DNA from: Azolla caroliniana
Lineage: Eukaryota; Plantae; Polypodiophyta
Length of the DNA: 64,000 nt
Assembly: GCA_043228905.1 (NCBI GenBank)
Contig: JBHGNT010000022.1
Span: 10,292,001-10,356,000 of the forward strand
Direction of reading: 5' to 3'
Below the pieces are notes generated by a model. It searched no databases. It saw nothing but the letters and a program-made list of their open reading frames with translations, and was not told the origin of the DNA. Of this stretch, positions 62,271 through 64,000 are shown one piece after another. Made by a program: the position numbers and the translations under genes. Position 1 is the first letter of the stretch; each line of letters begins with the position of its first letter.

Positions 62271-63357
62271 TGTTGAGAGACAACCTAAACATGTGCCGAA
62301 TCGGTTAAAGATTGATCGACTAAGCCCGAATCAGTTGAAGAAGTCGAGAGCTGAATCGAATAGAGTTTGATTTGGGTATGCCGAGTCGGGGGGAATCTGA
62401 TAGGCCGTTAGGAACCTATATTCCTATTATAGTAAGTAGGAATGTTATAGGTTGTTAGTGTCAAGCTCATTTATGAGCATTCAAGTACTTGAGTTAGCCC
62501 ACTCATCAAGGCTTGTATATAAATGTTGGCATAAAAGGCCGACCCCTTCCAATTTGTATCTTAGTGTGAACATGTCCAAATAGTTAGGGCTTAGTATATA
62601 AGCAATAACCTAACATTGTAATACGTGCTACTTGATCATTCTTGTATCTAGAGTCTCTTTGAGAGAGAGAGAGAGAGAGAGAGCAGAAATACCAAAGTTT
62701 CCATTAAAGCTTAAGAGTGTGTCTATCTTATTGTCTTCATCCTTTCTGTGTTGTTTGTTGAGTACTTCTAGACAAATCCTCAAACGTTTTTCCACGCATA
62801 TCTGTTCACAACTGGTATCAGAGCGAACCTGTTGCTCGACAGCAACGAAACAAAAATAACTAAAGGAAAAGATCAGGTTACTTCCACAAAGAACATGACC
62901 TCAACATTCAGAACAGGAGTTGTGATCCGAAAGTTCGACGGCAAAAACTTTGCCCTATGGAAGGAGATGATGCATGACTTACTGATCATTCGAAGATAGG
63001 TTAAAACCATCCGGCATAGTGAAAAGCTTGCTACAATGTCAGTTGAAGAGTGGAGATCAATAGATGAAATCGCTCACTCCACCATTTGGATGCATCTAAC
63101 CGAAAACATATACTTCAGCATGGCAAAAGAGACGACAACGTTTTCATCCTATTCTCATTGTGGGAGAAACTACAAGCTGTATAGGAGAAGAAATCCTCAT
63201 CATCGAAACTGATATTGATCAGACAACTATTCAACATGGAGATGAGAGAGACCGATCCAGCCACCTCCCACATCAATACCTTCAGCCAGGTGCTGTTTGA
63301 ACTCTCCTCCCAAGGGATTAAATTCAAAGAAGAAGTGAAAGCCCTTGTCCTCTTGTC
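62271..63357 (+). mobile_element. Nested copia: 5' LTR (62271-62810), PBS and start of gag
   Basis: TGTTGAGA...TCACA ends. TGGTATCAGAGC at 62813. KFDGKNFALWKEMM. Confidence 0.88.
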
Positions 63358-64000
63358 TGTTGACATATTTCGGTAGTGATGTATGTGAACACACTTAGGA
63401 CAGTGATGTGTGAACACACTTAGGACAATGATGTGTGTGAACACACTTAGGACAACAGGGGCATTTTTTCCCTCTTTAGGAGGCTTTTCCCCCTATCTAT
63501 ATATACTCTCATAACCCTAAAGTGGGTAAGTTTTTTGGGATTCAAAGCCAGAACCCAATAGTGGTATCAGAGCCAAAAAGCAACATTTGAGTAGTAAAGC
63601 AATGGCTCTCATACGTAGTCCGTATGTGCCATCTGTGGTGGCATTTTTGTTGTTGTTGAAAAAACCAATTTCTATGTGTTTTCTTCCTCTGCGCAGTTTC
63701 AGTTGTGTTTTTTTTTCTGCTTCCAACTCGATTCAATCCTAGAAAAAACCGCCTTGAGTCTTCCAAGACATTCCTATAACCCTCAGAAATAAGATTTGCT
63801 TCCCTTTTCTCTTCACTTATTCATCTTTCAAGTTAAAGAGGTATGTTATTCCCTTCAGTAGTCCATTTTTTACATCAAAATGTGTTCAATCCACGACCAT
63901 GGCTGAGAGCAATGATGTATTTCTGATGCTTGCTATTGAGGATAAACTGGATGGAACAAATTACCCTCTTTGGGCTTATATGATGCACCATGTATTAGTA
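63358..64000 (+). mobile_element. Third nested copia: short LTR (63358-63560), PBS and start of gag (~63900)
   Basis: TGTTG...CAATA ends with three TGTGAACACACTTAGGACA repeats. TGGTATCAGAGCC at 63562. EDKLDGTNYPLWAYMM. Confidence 0.85.

Overview
Eukaryotic land-plant DNA. A non-seed plant such as a moss is plausible from the TE lineages, but that is inference. Most of the window is nested transposons: many Ty1/copia elements (one near-intact and very young at 54166-59568), two Ty3/gypsy types (a chromovirus and a tRNA-Trp-primed non-chromovirus), solo LTRs, LINEs, and Mutator- and hAT-type MITEs. Two host genes converge: a 14-exon malectin-like LRR receptor kinase (+, 32959-40737), with two decayed partial copies upstream, and chloroplast translocon TIC40 (-, 45983-51575). 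There is no CRISPR array, rRNA gene or intact tRNA gene. I see no clearly new multi-gene system. The strongest unusual signals are: (i) a chromovirus LTR with a Tf1-like self-priming site and a tRNA-shaped Pol III-type module at its U3 end; (ii) a gypsy with the protease (DHG motif) in the Gag frame and a candidate -1 frameshift signal after it; (iii) three independent LTR insertions within about 65 bp of one copia pol tail; (iv) copia Pol proteins extended past the usual end. All coordinates were read by eye and may be off by a few bases.
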